A stretch of 64,000 nt of DNA from assembly GCA_937928005.1 (NCBI GenBank), contig CALFVD010000055.1:3516-67515 (forward strand). The letters are read 5' to 3'. The notes below the pieces were generated by a model. It ran no database searches. It was not told where the DNA came from and saw only the letters and a list, made by a program, of their open reading frames with translations. This stretch comes from an uncultured Neomegalonema sp. GTDB taxonomy: Bacteria > Pseudomonadota > Alphaproteobacteria > Rhodobacterales > Rhodobacteraceae. The position numbers were made by a program, and so were the translations under genes. This document shows positions 27,694 to 38,940 of this stretch, piece after piece; position 1 is the first letter of the stretch; each line of letters opens with the position of its first letter.

Positions 27694-28524
27694 TCAGGAA
27701 TTTTCGCTCAATGCACGGGATCGATCGGCGCTGGCGGCCACGGCGCGGGTCATCAGGGGGGTCAAGCCCGATTCGGTATCCATCAGGTGTTCAAGCGCGG
27801 CGGCGGTGGTGCCCTTTGGGCTGGTGACGTTGATGCGTAGGGTTTCCGCCGTCTCGTCGCTGGCATCGGCAAGGGCGGCGGCACCGATGATCGTCTGGCG
27901 GGCGAGGCGCATGGCAAGGGCGGGGTCAAGCCCCTGTGCTTCGCCTGCGGCGGCCAATGCCTCAATCATATTGAAGATATAGGCGGGACCAGAGCCGGAA
28001 ACGCCGGTCACGGCATCCATCTGATCCTCGGCATCGAGCCAAACGGCACCGCCGACCGCCGCCATCATTTGTTCGGCCAAGGCGCGCTCGTCAGGGTTGG
28101 CCGTGTCGCTGGGGTAGAGGGCGCTGGCCCCCTTGCCCACGGCTACAGGCGTATTGGGCATGACGCGGACAGCGCGGATACCCTGTCCCAACAGCGCCCG
28201 GAAATCGGCGAGGGAGGTTCCGGCGGCGATGGAGAGGTAGAGGGGAGCTTCGCCGAAGCGGGCAGCAACACCGGGCAGAACATCGGCCATCATCTGCGGC
28301 TTTATGGCAATGAGGACGGCCTTTGGCGTCTCGGCGATACCTTCGACACTGGGCATGATGGCGATGCCGGTGGCCTTGATTTCATCGGCGGGAAAAGGGT
28401 CGATGATGCGGACTGCATCTTTCGGCAGCCCTTGCGCCATCCATCCATCGAGCAGCGCGCCACCCATCTTACCACATCCGAGGATGACGAGGGGGGCGGT
28501 GGCGGTGAAAGCGGTGATGGTCAT
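27694..28524 (-). CDS. proC: Pyrroline-5-carboxylate reductase
   Basis: GCGKMG, RVMPNTP, SGSGPAY, VTSPKGTT. Confidence 0.96.
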   Translation of the reverse strand: MTITAFTATAPLVILGCGKMGGALLDGWMAQGLPKDAVRIIDPFPADEIKATGIAIMPSVEGIAETPKAVLIAIKPQMMADVLPGVAARFGEAPLYLSIAAGTSLADFRALLGQGIRAVRVMPNTPVAVGKGASALYPSDTANPDERALAEQMMAAVGGAVWLDAEDQMDAVTGVSGSGPAYIFNMIEALAAAGEAQGLDPALAMRLARQTIIGAAALADASDETAETLRINVTSPKGTTAAALEHLMDTESGLTPLMTRAVAASADRSRALSENS

Positions 28525-28612
28525 GGTGGCGCTCCTTTTTTGCGATTGGATACCGTGCGGGCGCGGCGCTCGCAAGCTGGACAGGGCTTGGCGTGAAGGA
28601 CAGAGTGACCGG

Positions 28613-29386
28613 ATGAGAATTGCAATCATCGGATACGGCCCCATCGCCCGCAATGTTGCTTCGCATTTAGCGGGGGATGCGGAGATTGTGCTGTGCTGCG
28701 CAATCTGTCGGCCCGGTCGGGAGGATGCGGCGCGGGGGGCGCTGGGGGTGGAAGCGGTGACTTCGGTGGCGGATTTGCCGGATGGGGTCGATCTGGTGGT
28801 CGATTGTGCGGGGCATCCGGGGTTGCGAGCGCATGGGGCGGATGTGCTGCGCCGGGGGGTCGAGCTGCTGACCGTATCGAACGGTGCGCTGGCCGATGCG
28901 GCCTTTGCGCTGGAGCTGGAGGATGCGGCAGTGGCGGGAGGCGCGCGGTTGCGGTTGTTGCCGGGAGCTATCGGGGCGATGGATGCGCTGGCGGCGGCGG
29001 CGGTGGGTGGGCTTTCGAGCGTCGTTTATACCGGGCGCAAACCACCCGTAGGCTGGTCCGGGTCGGCGGCGGAAGATGTATTGGATCTGGGCGCGCTGAG
29101 CGAGGCAGCGACGCATTTCGAGGGTTCGGCGCGAGAGGCAGCCTTGCGCTATCCGAAGAATGCGAATGTGGCGGCGACGGTCGCGTTGGCCGGGATTGGC
29201 ATGGATGAAACGCAGGTGCGCTTGATTGCGGATCCGGGGATTACGGCTAACCGCCATGAGATCGAGGCAATCGGCGCTTTTGGGCGGTTCAGCTTTGCCA
29301 TCGAAGGCGCGTCACTGCCGGATAACCCGGCATCATCGGCCCTGACCGCCATGAGCGTGGTGCGGGCGGTGCGGGATCGGCTATAG
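28613..29386 (+). CDS. nadX: L-aspartate dehydrogenase (NadX family)
   Basis: IIGYGPI, GAIGAMDAL, RKPP, YPKNANVAATVALAGIG, N.H.I. Confidence 0.88.
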   Translation: MRIAIIGYGPIARNVASHLAGDAEIVLCCAICRPGREDAARGALGVEAVTSVADLPDGVDLVVDCAGHPGLRAHGADVLRRGVELLTVSNGALADAAFALELEDAAVAGGARLRLLPGAIGAMDALAAAAVGGLSSVVYTGRKPPVGWSGSAAEDVLDLGALSEAATHFEGSAREAALRYPKNANVAATVALAGIGMDETQVRLIADPGITANRHEIEAIGAFGRFSFAIEGASLPDNPASSALTAMSVVRAVRDRL

Positions 29387-29473
29387 CCATTTGCGAAACC
29401 AGAACCATATTTTGCGCCAAGAGCCGCGCAAAATTTGGCGCTTAGTGATTCAGGATAATCGCAATTCGCTTTA
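29382..29473 (+). repeat. MITE-like palindromic repeat, copy 3 (92 bp, most diverged)
   Basis: Same core; its TATAG end supplies the TAG stop of nadX. Confidence 0.88.
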
Positions 29474-29662
29474 ACGCGGGTCGGGGTGTGATTCCAACGG
29501 CCCTTATGACTGACTTCTCAGCCGTCATCGTCGGGCTTGTTTTGAGAATCGTATTTCTCAGCATTTACAATAGCTTGCAATACTGAAACTTGGTCGTGGC
29601 ATCCATCATGCAGCAAGCCCTGAGGAACGGACCCCGGACTTCGCCGGGGTGACACTGCACGA

Positions 29663-29893
29663 TCAGCGGCTGGTGCCATTCTGGTTGGACTTGTATTTTT
29701 GGTAGCCGAGAAAGAGACCGGCACCGATAAGCATGGGGATCAGCAAGCCCAGAATCGCCTTGAAGAAATACCCGATGATAAAGCCAAGCACGCCGCCCGC
29801 TATGGCCGCTGGCACCTGCTGTGCGCCGGGAATGTAACGCGGGGCCAACATGTAGCCGACAACCGCGCCGAGAATTGCCAAGAGTAATGCCAT
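29663..29893 (-). CDS. Small Gly-rich membrane protein
   Basis: GGAGA RBS, three hydrophobic segments. Confidence 0.7.
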   Translation of the reverse strand: MALLLAILGAVVGYMLAPRYIPGAQQVPAAIAGGVLGFIIGYFFKAILGLLIPMLIGAGLFLGYQKYKSNQNGTSR

Positions 29894-29947
29894 CTGTCTT
29901 GTCTCCAGAATAATCTGTCGATGTCACAAGTGAGGATGCGAAGGCAG

Positions 29948-30856
29948 TTAGTCAACCGTTTCGCCGGGTTCCATGGGGAATCCGCGCAGAAAATCGGCGA
30001 TGTCCATCGCCGGTTTACCTGCGCGCTGGACACGCAGAAGACGGAGCGCGCCAGTGGCGCAAGCGATGGCGGCGTCGTCGAGGATGGCGCCGGGGGGGCC
30101 GCTTGCCGTGGTCGGCTCGGCGAGGAGGATTTTTATGCGCTCGCCGCGCATCTCAAACCATGCACCGGGAAAAGGGGAGAGACCTCGGATATGGGCATCG
30201 AGAGATTGCGCAGAACGGCCCCAATCGATGCGGGCTTCGGCTTTGTCGATTTTGGCGGCGTATTCGACGCCCTCTTCCGATTGTGGCTGTGCGGTGAGGG
30301 TTTTGAGAGTTGCGAGGGTTTCGACCAGCAATTCCGCGCCGCGTATGGCGAGACGGTTCTGTAGATCGGCGGCAGTCTCGCGGGGGGCGATGGGGGTGGT
30401 TTCGCATAGGAAAACGGGGCCGGTATCCAACCCCTGCTCCATACGCATAATGCATATGCCGGTTTGCTCGTCACCCGCCATTATCGCGCGCGGAATGGGG
30501 GCGGCTCCCCGCCAGCGGGGCAGGAGCGAGGGGTGGATGTTGAGGCATCCATGCCGGGGGGCATCGAGAATGGGCTGGGGGAGAATCAGACCATAGGCGG
30601 CGACCACCGCGACACCGAGATCAAGGGCAGCGAATTCGGCCTGCGCCTGCGCGTCACGTAGCTTTGCCGGGGTGCGAACGGGCAGACCTAACGCCTCGGC
30701 GCGGGCGTGGACGGGGGTAAGGCGGTCCTTCTTGCCGCGTCCGGCGGGGCGGGGCGGCTGGGCGTAGACCATTGCGATATCGTGTCCAGCCTCTACCAGC
30801 GCGTCGAGGGCGGGGACGGCGAAATCGGGGCTACCCATGAAAGCGATGCGCATCAA
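29948..30856 (-). CDS. fmt: Methionyl-tRNA formyltransferase
   Basis: [29 protein letters not shown]. Confidence 0.97.
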   Translation of the reverse strand: MMRIAFMGSPDFAVPALDALVEAGHDIAMVYAQPPRPAGRGKKDRLTPVHARAEALGLPVRTPAKLRDAQAQAEFAALDLGVAVVAAYGLILPQPILDAPRHGCLNIHPSLLPRWRGAAPIPRAIMAGDEQTGICIMRMEQGLDTGPVFLCETTPIAPRETAADLQNRLAIRGAELLVETLATLKTLTAQPQSEEGVEYAAKIDKAEARIDWGRSAQSLDAHIRGLSPFPGAWFEMRGERIKILLAEPTTASGPPGAILDDAAIACATGALRLLRVQRAGKPAMDIADFLRGFPMEPGETVD

Positions 30857-31392
30857 GCAGTCCGCGATTGTGCAGTCCGCGCTTTCTCTTTTTTGCGCTT
30901 TTTCATGCGACCCGTGATCATCTGGCGCTTCATGGGGCCGAGATAATCTATGAACAGCTTACCATCGAGGTGGTCGATCTCATGCTGGACACAGGTAGCC
31001 AAGAGGCCATCGCAATCGAGGGATTGGAGCACGCCATCAAGATCAAGATACGATACTTTGACCTGTGAGGGCCGCTCGACATCGTTGAACTCTTCAGGGA
31101 TCGAGAGGCAGCCCTCTTCGTGGACATTCAACTCATCAGAAGCCCAGAGAACCTGTGGATTGATCATCGCTATGGGGGCCGGTTCTTCTTCCTCGCCTTT
31201 AGCGCAATCCATGACCAAGATGCGGGAAAGGATGCCCACTTGCGGCGCGGCGAGGCCGATACCGGGGGCATCATACATCGTCTCAAACATGTCATCAATC
31301 AGGCTGCGTAGGCCCGTATCGACGGTGTCGACGGGATCGCAAACCTTCTTGAGGCGCGGATCGGGATGAAGAAGGATCGGTCTAATTGCCAT
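30853..31392 (-). CDS. def: Peptide deformylase
   Basis: [20 protein letters not shown]. Confidence 0.97.
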   Translation of the reverse strand: MAIRPILLHPDPRLKKVCDPVDTVDTGLRSLIDDMFETMYDAPGIGLAAPQVGILSRILVMDCAKGEEEEPAPIAMINPQVLWASDELNVHEEGCLSIPEEFNDVERPSQVKVSYLDLDGVLQSLDCDGLLATCVQHEIDHLDGKLFIDYLGPMKRQMITGRMKKRKKEKARTAQSRTA

Positions 31393-31484
31393 ATCCGGCA
31401 TGTAAAGAAGGCCACGTCCCGGTTCAAGCGGTGTCATCTGTGGAGGCAAATTTATCCTGTAGAGGATGATGCGCTCTTGACTTT

Positions 31485-31499
31485 GTTCTTTTTATGATC
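31485..31499 (+). promoter_or_regulatory. Putative alphaproteobacterial LexA (SOS) box
   Basis: GTTC-TTTTTAT-GATC, one mismatch to GTTC-N7-GTTC, next to TTGACT. Confidence 0.45.
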
Positions 31500-31539
31500 T
31501 TTTTTAATACCCATAAAATTCTTTACCCCAAAGGATATC

Positions 31540-32193
31540 ATGGACCGCTCGCTCACCATCGCCGTCAATCGGGCCGACCTGCTGCGTATCGTGGTGGGAA
31601 TCGTAGCGATGATGCCGGGGATGGCGGTGGAGACGATGCCGCGTTGGCTGCATATCGCAGTGTTGGCGCTGTTGCGGCCTGCCGAATCGGCGCTGCGGCG
31701 GTTGATTGCGATTGCTGCGACGGCGGTGGTGGTTGGGCCACAGCGAAAGCGTAGGGCGGCACCAAAGGCAAAGAAGAAGCGCGGGGAAAAGCGTGCGCTT
31801 CCGCCGGTATTTGGACTTTTCGATACACGCCGGAATGTCGATCCAAAAACGCCGCCCGCACCGGGGCATGGGCCGAATATCCGATTTTTCGATGGCGAAG
31901 ATGAGATGCCGCCAGCGGCGACGCCTGCACAGCCCGGTGATCTGGTGAATGCCGAGGCGTTATGCCGACGATTGGCGGCGATGCTGGCCGCATTGGATGA
32001 TATTCCGGGGCAGGCACAGCGATTGGCCGGGATACTGGCGCGGAGGCGCTCGAAATGGCGGCGGGTCATGCGGCCCGGTCGTCCGCCGGGCCATCGAATG
32101 GGTGGAAAGCGGGCAGTGGATGTGTTGCTGACCGATTGCCATGAAATGGCGTTGAGGGCGCTGGCGGAGCCGGTCGCGCCTAATACGTCTTGA
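31540..32193 (+). CDS. Basic Arg/Pro-rich hypothetical protein
   Basis: AAGGA RBS; LLRPAESALRRLI, L.RRL.A...ALDD.P.QA.RLA, RPGRPPG, L.DCH.MA. Confidence 0.75.
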   Translation: MDRSLTIAVNRADLLRIVVGIVAMMPGMAVETMPRWLHIAVLALLRPAESALRRLIAIAATAVVVGPQRKRRAAPKAKKKRGEKRALPPVFGLFDTRRNVDPKTPPAPGHGPNIRFFDGEDEMPPAATPAQPGDLVNAEALCRRLAAMLAALDDIPGQAQRLAGILARRRSKWRRVMRPGRPPGHRMGGKRAVDVLLTDCHEMALRALAEPVAPNTS

Positions 32194-32258
32194 AAAATGG
32201 CGCATCACCCGAATCACTTGCCCTTCCCGCCATTGCGGGGAGCCTGCTGTGCTGCGCG

Positions 32259-32819
32259 CTATTGGGAATCGTGAGCAGAGGGCGCGAGGAACGGGTATTG
32301 GACCAGCTCCGTATAAAGGGGTGCGCCAGTGCCAAGATCAGAGCGGTAAAGGGAGAACCCGTTGATATCGAAAGGTTGGTAGGAAAGGCGCGCATGGGCT
32401 TGGGTCCATTCCAATGCCTGCGCCGGGATCACGCCGCCACCACACCGGGCGAGGGTGACATGGGGGCGGAATTTACGGTGCTCGATGGCGATGCCTGATT
32501 CGCGAATCAGGCGATCAATCTTGGCCTGCAACCGCATTAATGGCTCAGAGGGGGCGAAAAGAGCATGGAGGTTATGGGGCTTACCGCCGCCGAAAGCGCC
32601 GACACCCGATATCGACAGATCGAACGGCTCCATGCGGATACGCCCCAGTTCGGTATCAAGTTCGGTCAGTTCGGAAGGAGTACAATCGCCCAGAAAGGCA
32701 AGGGTTAGGTGCAGGTTTTCGGCCTCCACCCAGCGCGCATTGCGCACATTATCCTGAATATCCATCAGGAAATCGGCCACATCATCGGGCAGGGAGAGGG
32801 CAAGAAAGGCTCGGATCAT
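32259..32819 (-). CDS. thpR: RNA 2',3'-cyclic phosphodiesterase (2H family)
   Basis: HLTLAFLG and PHVTLAR 2H motifs. Confidence 0.92.
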   Translation of the reverse strand: MIRAFLALSLPDDVADFLMDIQDNVRNARWVEAENLHLTLAFLGDCTPSELTELDTELGRIRMEPFDLSISGVGAFGGGKPHNLHALFAPSEPLMRLQAKIDRLIRESGIAIEHRKFRPHVTLARCGGGVIPAQALEWTQAHARLSYQPFDINGFSLYRSDLGTGAPLYTELVQYPFLAPSAHDSQ

Positions 32820-32963
32820 ATAAATTTTCTAGCGATATTAAATCGTTGGCAAAAGATGCAGGGCAGAACCGCGCATGATAAGATTGGGACTTGAATGATG
32901 CGGGACCAATCGCGATATTGGCATCTAACGTTTCAACACCTGAACCTCAAGAGGATGGTTTCA

Positions 32964-33704
32964 ATGGCAGAATTCGACCGCATGTCGGCTCAAACAGTGG
33001 GCACGCAAGGCCGTGCCGCCGAAATCGATCAGGGCCTACGCGCCCATATGAACTCGGTATACAGCTACCTCGCAGGCGGCCTCGCCGTTGCGGGTGGTAC
33101 GGCATATTCCTTCGGCAATATCCCCGCATTGGCCAATATGATCTGGGGATCGCCGCTGAAATGGGTCGTAATCTTTGCGCCGCTGGCGCTGATCTTCTTC
33201 ATCGGTGCGCGCCTCAACAAAATGAGCGTTGCGGGTGTTCAGGCGACCTATTGGGTCTTCACCGCGCTGATGGGTGTATCGCTGTCGGCGGTGTTCATCC
33301 GTTTTGCGAATGACCCGATGGTCATCGTTCAGGCGTTCCTGATTACCTCCATCGCGTTCCTTTCGCTGTCGCTCTATGGCTACACGACGAAGAAAGACCT
33401 GTCCGGTTGGGGTTCGTTCCTGATCATGGGTGTGGTCGGCCTGATCTTGGCATCCATCGCCAACATCTTCATCGCATCGAGCGCGCTGGCCTTCGGTGTT
33501 TCGGTGATCGGCGTGCTGATCTTCGCGGGCCTGACGGCATATGATACGCAGCGGATCAAAAACGAGTATCTGTACTTCGCACAGGCCGGTGGCGAAGGTG
33601 CCGCTTACCTCGCGAAAGGCGCTGTGATGGGCGCGCTGGGCCTGTTCCTGAACTTCGTGAACATGTTCCAGTTCATCCTGTCCTTCATGGGCGGTAGCGA
33701 ATAA
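32964..33704 (+). CDS. Bax inhibitor-1/YccA family membrane protein
   Basis: IDQGLRAHM, YGYTTKKDLS, AYDTQRIK. Confidence 0.93.
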   Translation: MAEFDRMSAQTVGTQGRAAEIDQGLRAHMNSVYSYLAGGLAVAGGTAYSFGNIPALANMIWGSPLKWVVIFAPLALIFFIGARLNKMSVAGVQATYWVFTALMGVSLSAVFIRFANDPMVIVQAFLITSIAFLSLSLYGYTTKKDLSGWGSFLIMGVVGLILASIANIFIASSALAFGVSVIGVLIFAGLTAYDTQRIKNEYLYFAQAGGEGAAYLAKGAVMGALGLFLNFVNMFQFILSFMGGSE

Positions 33705-33730
33705 TCAACGCGGTCCCATGGTGATCAATT

Positions 33731-33762
33731 GGCCCCCATGCTTCACGCATGGGGGCTTTTTT
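33731..33762 (+). terminator. Intrinsic terminator
   Basis: GCCCCCATGC-TTCAC-GCATGGGGGC followed by a T run. Confidence 0.8.
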
Positions 33763-33935
33763 CACGAATAATTCGATTCAGTGTTTATTGAAACCTTTGA
33801 ACTATCCTACGCGCGGGCGACGGCTTACGCCGCCATGGATGCGCCATTCAACCTTTCCCTAACCCCCGTATATCTGCCGATGGCGGGGTGGACTGGATGG
33901 GTGGCGTATCCCCCAAGTTGCCAGAGGATACGCAG

Positions 33936-34316
33936 ATGAAGACTTTTCTCGCACTGGATGGCCGGATGGGCCGCCTTCTCTACGCGCAAATCACCTTCGT
34001 TTCGGTTATCCTTCTGACCCTTGGCCTCGCCATGATGATCTTTCCGATGATGATGAGCCGGATGAATGGCATCGAAGTAATGCCGCTGGGCTTTTCGATG
34101 TTCGGGGCCATTTTGCTGATGGCATTTGGCCTGTGGAGCCTGATCACCGCCTCGATCCGCCGTTTGCATGATATGGGCTGGAGCGCGTGGTGGCTGTTGC
34201 CTTGTGCCGTACCGATTGAGATCGTTGCCGTTATTGCAATGGTGGTCCTGTCGCTGGCGTTGTCCTTCCTGCCCGGTAAAGCGGAAGCGAATGTTTGGGG
34301 ACCAGCCCCCGCTTGA
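33936..34316 (+). CDS. DUF805 membrane protein
   Basis: GRMGR, RRLHDMGWS.WW, PG...AN.WGP. Confidence 0.88.
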   Translation: MKTFLALDGRMGRLLYAQITFVSVILLTLGLAMMIFPMMMSRMNGIEVMPLGFSMFGAILLMAFGLWSLITASIRRLHDMGWSAWWLLPCAVPIEIVAVIAMVVLSLALSFLPGKAEANVWGPAPA

Positions 34317-34371
34317 TTTATGGGGCTTTGCGCCCGTATGAGTCGCCTCCTGTCCACAGGAGCCGCCCATA

Positions 34372-35511
34372 ATGCCCGATCCCGTCGATTTGACCGCCGC
34401 CCTGCTGCGCTGTCCATCTGTCACGCCAGAGGAAGGCGGGGCGATTGTGATGCTGGAGGGGATGCTATCGGCGGCGGGTTTCGCCTGTACCCGCGTGGAC
34501 CGGGGGGGCGTGAGCAATCTTCATGCGCGCTATGGCACGGGCGGCAAGGTGCTGGGTTTCAACGGTCATACGGATGTGGTGCCGGTTGGCGAAGGCTGGA
34601 CGGTTGAGCCATTCAGAGCGGAAATCCGGGATGGAAAGATGTTTGGGCGCGGTGCCTGCGACATGAAATCTGCGGTGGCGGCTTGGGTTTGCGCCGCGAT
34701 TGACTGGGCGCAGGATAATCCGGCCCCCGATGGCTCGCTCGCAATTCTGATTACCGGGGATGAGGAAGGGCCGGGGGTGGACGGAACCGATGCAATCCTC
34801 GAATGGATGGAAGCAAAGGGCGAGGGGATGGACCATTGCCTCGTGGGCGAGCCGACCTGTCCCGAACGCATGGGCGAGATGATGAAAATCGGGCGGCGGG
34901 GGTCAATGACATTGTACCTGACGGCCACGGGGGCGCAAGGACACGCGGCCTATCCGCATCGCGCCCGTAACCCCCTGCCGCCGCTAATCAGCCTGTTGAA
35001 TCGGCTGGCGACGTGGCGGATGGATGAAGGGACAGAGGCATTCGATCCTTCGACACTGGCGGTGACGACGGTTGATACGGGCAATCCGGCGAATAACGTC
35101 ATTCCGGGCAAGGCCACAGCGACGGTGAATATCCGATTCAATGATGCCCATTCCAGTGATAGCATAAAAAGTAGCGTACGGACCATGATTGCGGAAACCG
35201 CCGTCGAAGGCGTGACGCTGGAAATGGATGCAAAGGTCAGCGGTGAGAGCTTTGTTACCGAGCCGGATGGCTTTACCGATCTGTTACGCGGGGTGGTCAA
35301 GGCGGAGACGGGGGTAGAACCGGTGCTATCGACTTCGGGGGGAACATCGGATGCGCGGTTTATTCGGCGAATATGTCCGGTGGTGGAATTTGGCCTCGTC
35401 GGGCAATCGATGCATAAGGCCGATGAGCATGTCATCATCGAGGATATCCGGGCGCTTTCGCGCATATATCGCCGGGTGATTGACGGTTATTTCACTAATC
35501 AAGCCTCGTAA
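34372..35511 (+). CDS. dapE: Succinyl-diaminopimelate desuccinylase
   Basis: [31 protein letters not shown]. Confidence 0.96.
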   Translation: MPDPVDLTAALLRCPSVTPEEGGAIVMLEGMLSAAGFACTRVDRGGVSNLHARYGTGGKVLGFNGHTDVVPVGEGWTVEPFRAEIRDGKMFGRGACDMKSAVAAWVCAAIDWAQDNPAPDGSLAILITGDEEGPGVDGTDAILEWMEAKGEGMDHCLVGEPTCPERMGEMMKIGRRGSMTLYLTATGAQGHAAYPHRARNPLPPLISLLNRLATWRMDEGTEAFDPSTLAVTTVDTGNPANNVIPGKATATVNIRFNDAHSSDSIKSSVRTMIAETAVEGVTLEMDAKVSGESFVTEPDGFTDLLRGVVKAETGVEPVLSTSGGTSDARFIRRICPVVEFGLVGQSMHKADEHVIIEDIRALSRIYRRVIDGYFTNQAS

Positions 35512-35641
35512 AAGCAACAGTTCGACGCCATATGCGTTAATCATCTGTAAAGCACAGGCATCGACAATCGCGGATAGGCTGGTTCCACCAGTTCTTTGTG
35601 GTTAGAGTGTAGCTTCCGTTCTGGCGAAAAGGGTTCTGGCG

Positions 35642-36340
35642 ATGAGCAGCGAAAAACTCCGCGCATGGTGCGTCCACATCTTTACGATGTCTGGTGCGGT
35701 CTGCGGGTTTCTGGCACTCGTGAACATCACGATGGGCGACCAACGCGACGCGATTTGGTGGTTGATCGTTGCGCTGATCATTGATGGGGTGGACGGCACG
35801 CTGGCGCGTAAGTTCAAGGTGACAGAACACCTGCCCGATGTGGACGGGGCGACAATCGATAATATCGTCGATTATTTCACCTATGTCATCATCCCGGCCT
35901 ATTATATCTGGTGGTTCAACGTTGTGCCCGAAGGGTGGGCGACCCCCGCCGCCATCGCGATACTGATGTCATCGCAATATCATTTCTCGGATTTGCGGCA
36001 TAAGACGCATGATAATTATTTCCGTGGGTTTCCAGCACTTTGGAACCTCGTGATCTTTGGCTTTTATGTGTTTGAGCCGAGCGCGGTAATGGCGCTGGTC
36101 ATCATCTTCTTGCTGTCGCTGGCGACTTTCGTGCCGATGAAATTCGTGCATCCGTTTCGGGTCGAGCGGCTACGCAGGACCAACCTTGCGGTGGCGGGGC
36201 TGGGCAGCTTGGCACTGATCGCAGCGGTCGCAACCTCGCCCGAGCCTGTGGGGGCCGCAAAGATCGTGATCGCCTTATCGCTGGGGTATTTTCTGATTAT
36301 CGGTATTCACCGCTCGCTGACGGAACAAGACCAACCTTAG
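35642..36340 (+). CDS. pcs: Phosphatidylcholine synthase
   Basis: DGVDGTLAR..V....P..DG..ID..VDY, F.GFP..WN, HPFRV. Confidence 0.9.
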   Translation: MSSEKLRAWCVHIFTMSGAVCGFLALVNITMGDQRDAIWWLIVALIIDGVDGTLARKFKVTEHLPDVDGATIDNIVDYFTYVIIPAYYIWWFNVVPEGWATPAAIAILMSSQYHFSDLRHKTHDNYFRGFPALWNLVIFGFYVFEPSAVMALVIIFLLSLATFVPMKFVHPFRVERLRRTNLAVAGLGSLALIAAVATSPEPVGAAKIVIALSLGYFLIIGIHRSLTEQDQP

Positions 36341-36434
36341 GGATTGAGTGGGCATTGCGCGGCTATGCCCCTTGATTGGCGGGCCAGTATCGACCATTGT
36401 GCAGTGCAAATCTGCCCCTCACCCGGAATGCCCG

Positions 36435-37256
36435 ATGAAAGACACTGTTAACCGTACGCCTGAAGGCATCAAGATCCACACGCCGGAGGATTTCGCCGGG
36501 ATGCGCAAGGCCGGGAAACTGGCGGCGGAGACGCTGGATATGATTGGGCCAGAGGTACGCCCCGGCGTCAGTACCGAGCATCTGAACGCGCTGATCGAGA
36601 CGTTTATCTATGACCATGATGCGACCTCGGCCACCATCGGCTATCGCGGGTACAAACACGCTAGCTGTATCTCGCTGAACCATGTGGTGTGTCATGGTAT
36701 CCCTAGTTCCAAGAGTCTACGCGACGGGGATATCCTGAACATTGATGTGACGGTGATTATTGATGGGTGGTATGGTGATACCTCGCGGATGTTCGTGGCG
36801 GGGGAGCCGAGCCGAAAGGCAGAGCGGCTGATCAATGTCACCCACGACTCGCTGATGCGGGCCATTGAAGCAATCAAGCCGGGTAATCGCTTTGGCGATA
36901 TCGGCCATGCAATCCAGACCTATGCGGAAAGCCATCGCTGCTCGGTGGTGCGCGATTTTTGTGGGCATGGCCTTGGGCGGGTGTTCCATGATGCGCCGAA
37001 TGTGCTGCATTATGGAAAGGCGGGAACAGGGGCGCTGCTGCGGCCCGGCATGTTTTTCACCATCGAACCGATGGTTAATCTAGGCAAGGCGGGGACGAAG
37101 ATTTTGCCCGATGGGTGGACCGCCGTGACCCGCGACCGCTCGCTCTCGGCACAGTTTGAACATTCGATTGGGGTGACGGAGGACGGCTGTGAGGTATTCA
37201 CGCTATCGCCCGCAAACCGGTTCCATCCCTTCGCCGAAACCTTAGCCGTCGCCTGA
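36435..37256 (+). CDS. map: Type I methionine aminopeptidase
   Basis: VCHGIP, IDVT...DG..GDTS, GHG.G, TIEPM, SAQFEH. Confidence 0.96.
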   Translation: MKDTVNRTPEGIKIHTPEDFAGMRKAGKLAAETLDMIGPEVRPGVSTEHLNALIETFIYDHDATSATIGYRGYKHASCISLNHVVCHGIPSSKSLRDGDILNIDVTVIIDGWYGDTSRMFVAGEPSRKAERLINVTHDSLMRAIEAIKPGNRFGDIGHAIQTYAESHRCSVVRDFCGHGLGRVFHDAPNVLHYGKAGTGALLRPGMFFTIEPMVNLGKAGTKILPDGWTAVTRDRSLSAQFEHSIGVTEDGCEVFTLSPANRFHPFAETLAVA

Positions 37257-37260
37257 CCAG

Positions 37261-37965
37261 ATGAGGGAGGCACCGGCACAGCCCCTCAAACCAAAACCGC
37301 CCTCGCATACGGGGCACCGGGACCGCCTGCGCAAGCGGTTCAACGAGGCGGGGCCGGGGGCGCTGGCCGATTATGAGTTGCTAGAACTGGTCTTGTTCAA
37401 CGCCATTCCACGTGTGGACGTAAAACCGCTGGCAAAGCGGTTGATAGAGCAATTTGGGGATTATGCGGGGGTGATTTCGGCCCCGCGTGCGCGGCTAGGC
37501 GAAGCGGGGCTGAAAGACCGGGCAATTACCGAGTTGAAGATCGTCGAGGCGACCGCCACGCGGCTGGCGCAGCATAGCGTGATCGAGCGAACCGTTTTGT
37601 CGAGCTGGTCAGCACTGATGGCCTATTGCAAAGCCCGGATGGGACGGCTGGAACATGAAGAATTTCATCTCCTGTTCCTCGACCGCAAAAACCGCCTGAT
37701 CGCCGATGAAGCGCAGGGGCGGGGGACGGTGGACCATGTACCGGTCTATCCGCGCGAGGTGGTCAAACGGGCGCTGGAGCTGAACGCTTCCGCCGTGATC
37801 CTTGTACATAATCATCCAAGCGGCGACCCGACGCCCTCCCGCGCGGATATCGAGATGACAAAGCAGATCGTGGATAGCGCCAAGCCGTTAGGGGTTACGG
37901 TGCATGACCATATCATTATCGGACGAGAAATGGATGCAAGCTTTCGCGCGCTGGGGTTGATGTAG
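37261..37965 (+). CDS. radC: RadC family JAB-domain protein
   Basis: [28 protein letters not shown]. Confidence 0.95.
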   Translation: MREAPAQPLKPKPPSHTGHRDRLRKRFNEAGPGALADYELLELVLFNAIPRVDVKPLAKRLIEQFGDYAGVISAPRARLGEAGLKDRAITELKIVEATATRLAQHSVIERTVLSSWSALMAYCKARMGRLEHEEFHLLFLDRKNRLIADEAQGRGTVDHVPVYPREVVKRALELNASAVILVHNHPSGDPTPSRADIEMTKQIVDSAKPLGVTVHDHIIIGREMDASFRALGLM

Positions 37966-38064
37966 AGGGACTACGCACTACTGATCATAGGGCTATAGTT
38001 GATTAAAATTCGACCTCATGTCTGCATACCATCAGACAATGGTTTATATATCAGGAGTCAAACT

Positions 38065-38769
38065 GTGCCTAACATAGCCATTCGCACAACTTTCACCGCA
38101 GCACTGGCACTATCAACCTGCATCATTATTGCCAGTGGCAGCGCACAATCCGCCGCCGATTCCGAAAAGATGTCGTTTTTTATTACCAGTTCTGGCCCCG
38201 GAAATGGTGGCGACCTCGGCGGCTTGGAAGGTGCTGACGCGCATTGCACAGGATTGGCCAAAGCCGCCGGATCATCAAAAAAATGGGCCGCCTATCTCAG
38301 CACGAGCATGATCATCGACCGTAGCAATGGACGCCCTTACGGGATTACGGATGGAATCAGTGCAAGGGACCGGATCGGGAATGGTCCGTGGCATAATGCC
38401 AAAGGCGTGCTGATTGCAAAAAACCTCGAAGAACTGCACAGCGCAAACGCGAATATCAATAAAGAAACCGGCCTCGACGAGAACGGAAATACCGTCAATT
38501 CACGCACAGAAAAGCCGAACAAGCACGATATCCTGACGGGGTCGGATTCAAACGGGTACTTTTCGACGGCTGGCGGCGATACGACGTGCAAAAACTGGAC
38601 AAGTAGCGGTGATGGCTCCGCCATTGTCGGACACCATGACCGAGCGGGGCTAAACTCATCCCGAAACATGGTCTCTTGGAATTCGTCACACGGATCAGCC
38701 GGATGCGGCGAAGCGGATTTTCCCAGAACGGGCGGTGCAGGCCTATTCTACTGCTTCGCAGTCGAGTGA
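38065..38769 (+). CDS. Secreted C-type-lectin/endostatin-like fold protein
   Basis: GDLGGL.GAD.HC..LA, ARDRIG.GPW, HDILTGS, C.NWTS, GLFYCFA; GTG start after AGGAG. Confidence 0.75.
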   Translation: MPNIAIRTTFTAALALSTCIIIASGSAQSAADSEKMSFFITSSGPGNGGDLGGLEGADAHCTGLAKAAGSSKKWAAYLSTSMIIDRSNGRPYGITDGISARDRIGNGPWHNAKGVLIAKNLEELHSANANINKETGLDENGNTVNSRTEKPNKHDILTGSDSNGYFSTAGGDTTCKNWTSSGDGSAIVGHHDRAGLNSSRNMVSWNSSHGSAGCGEADFPRTGGAGLFYCFAVE

Positions 38770-38940
38770 TATAAGCTGTATTACCCCGAAATCCGCATCT
38801 TTGACCAAAGCGATTTGCGCAATTCGCTTTGGCCAAGGGTGCAGGTTTTGGATGGCTTGTGCGATATCTGTACATGTCCCACCATATCGTTATCGTTCCT
38901 TTCATGGCGTCATTCTTGCTTGGAATACTACTGACGGTGT

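Noticed and set aside
25287..29473. Repeat copies as a CRISPR array or integron attC sites
   Set aside because: Too long and irregularly spaced for CRISPR, no cas genes; no RYYYAAC/GTTRRRY cores and no integron integrase
32259..32819. ThpR as the healing partner of the Rnl1-type ligase
   Set aside because: About 14 kb away, commonly stand-alone, and yields 2'-phosphate ends; no sequence evidence of a link
37261..37965. radC as a marker of a mobile element
   Set aside because: Full-length chromosomal type next to map, the usual alphaproteobacterial context
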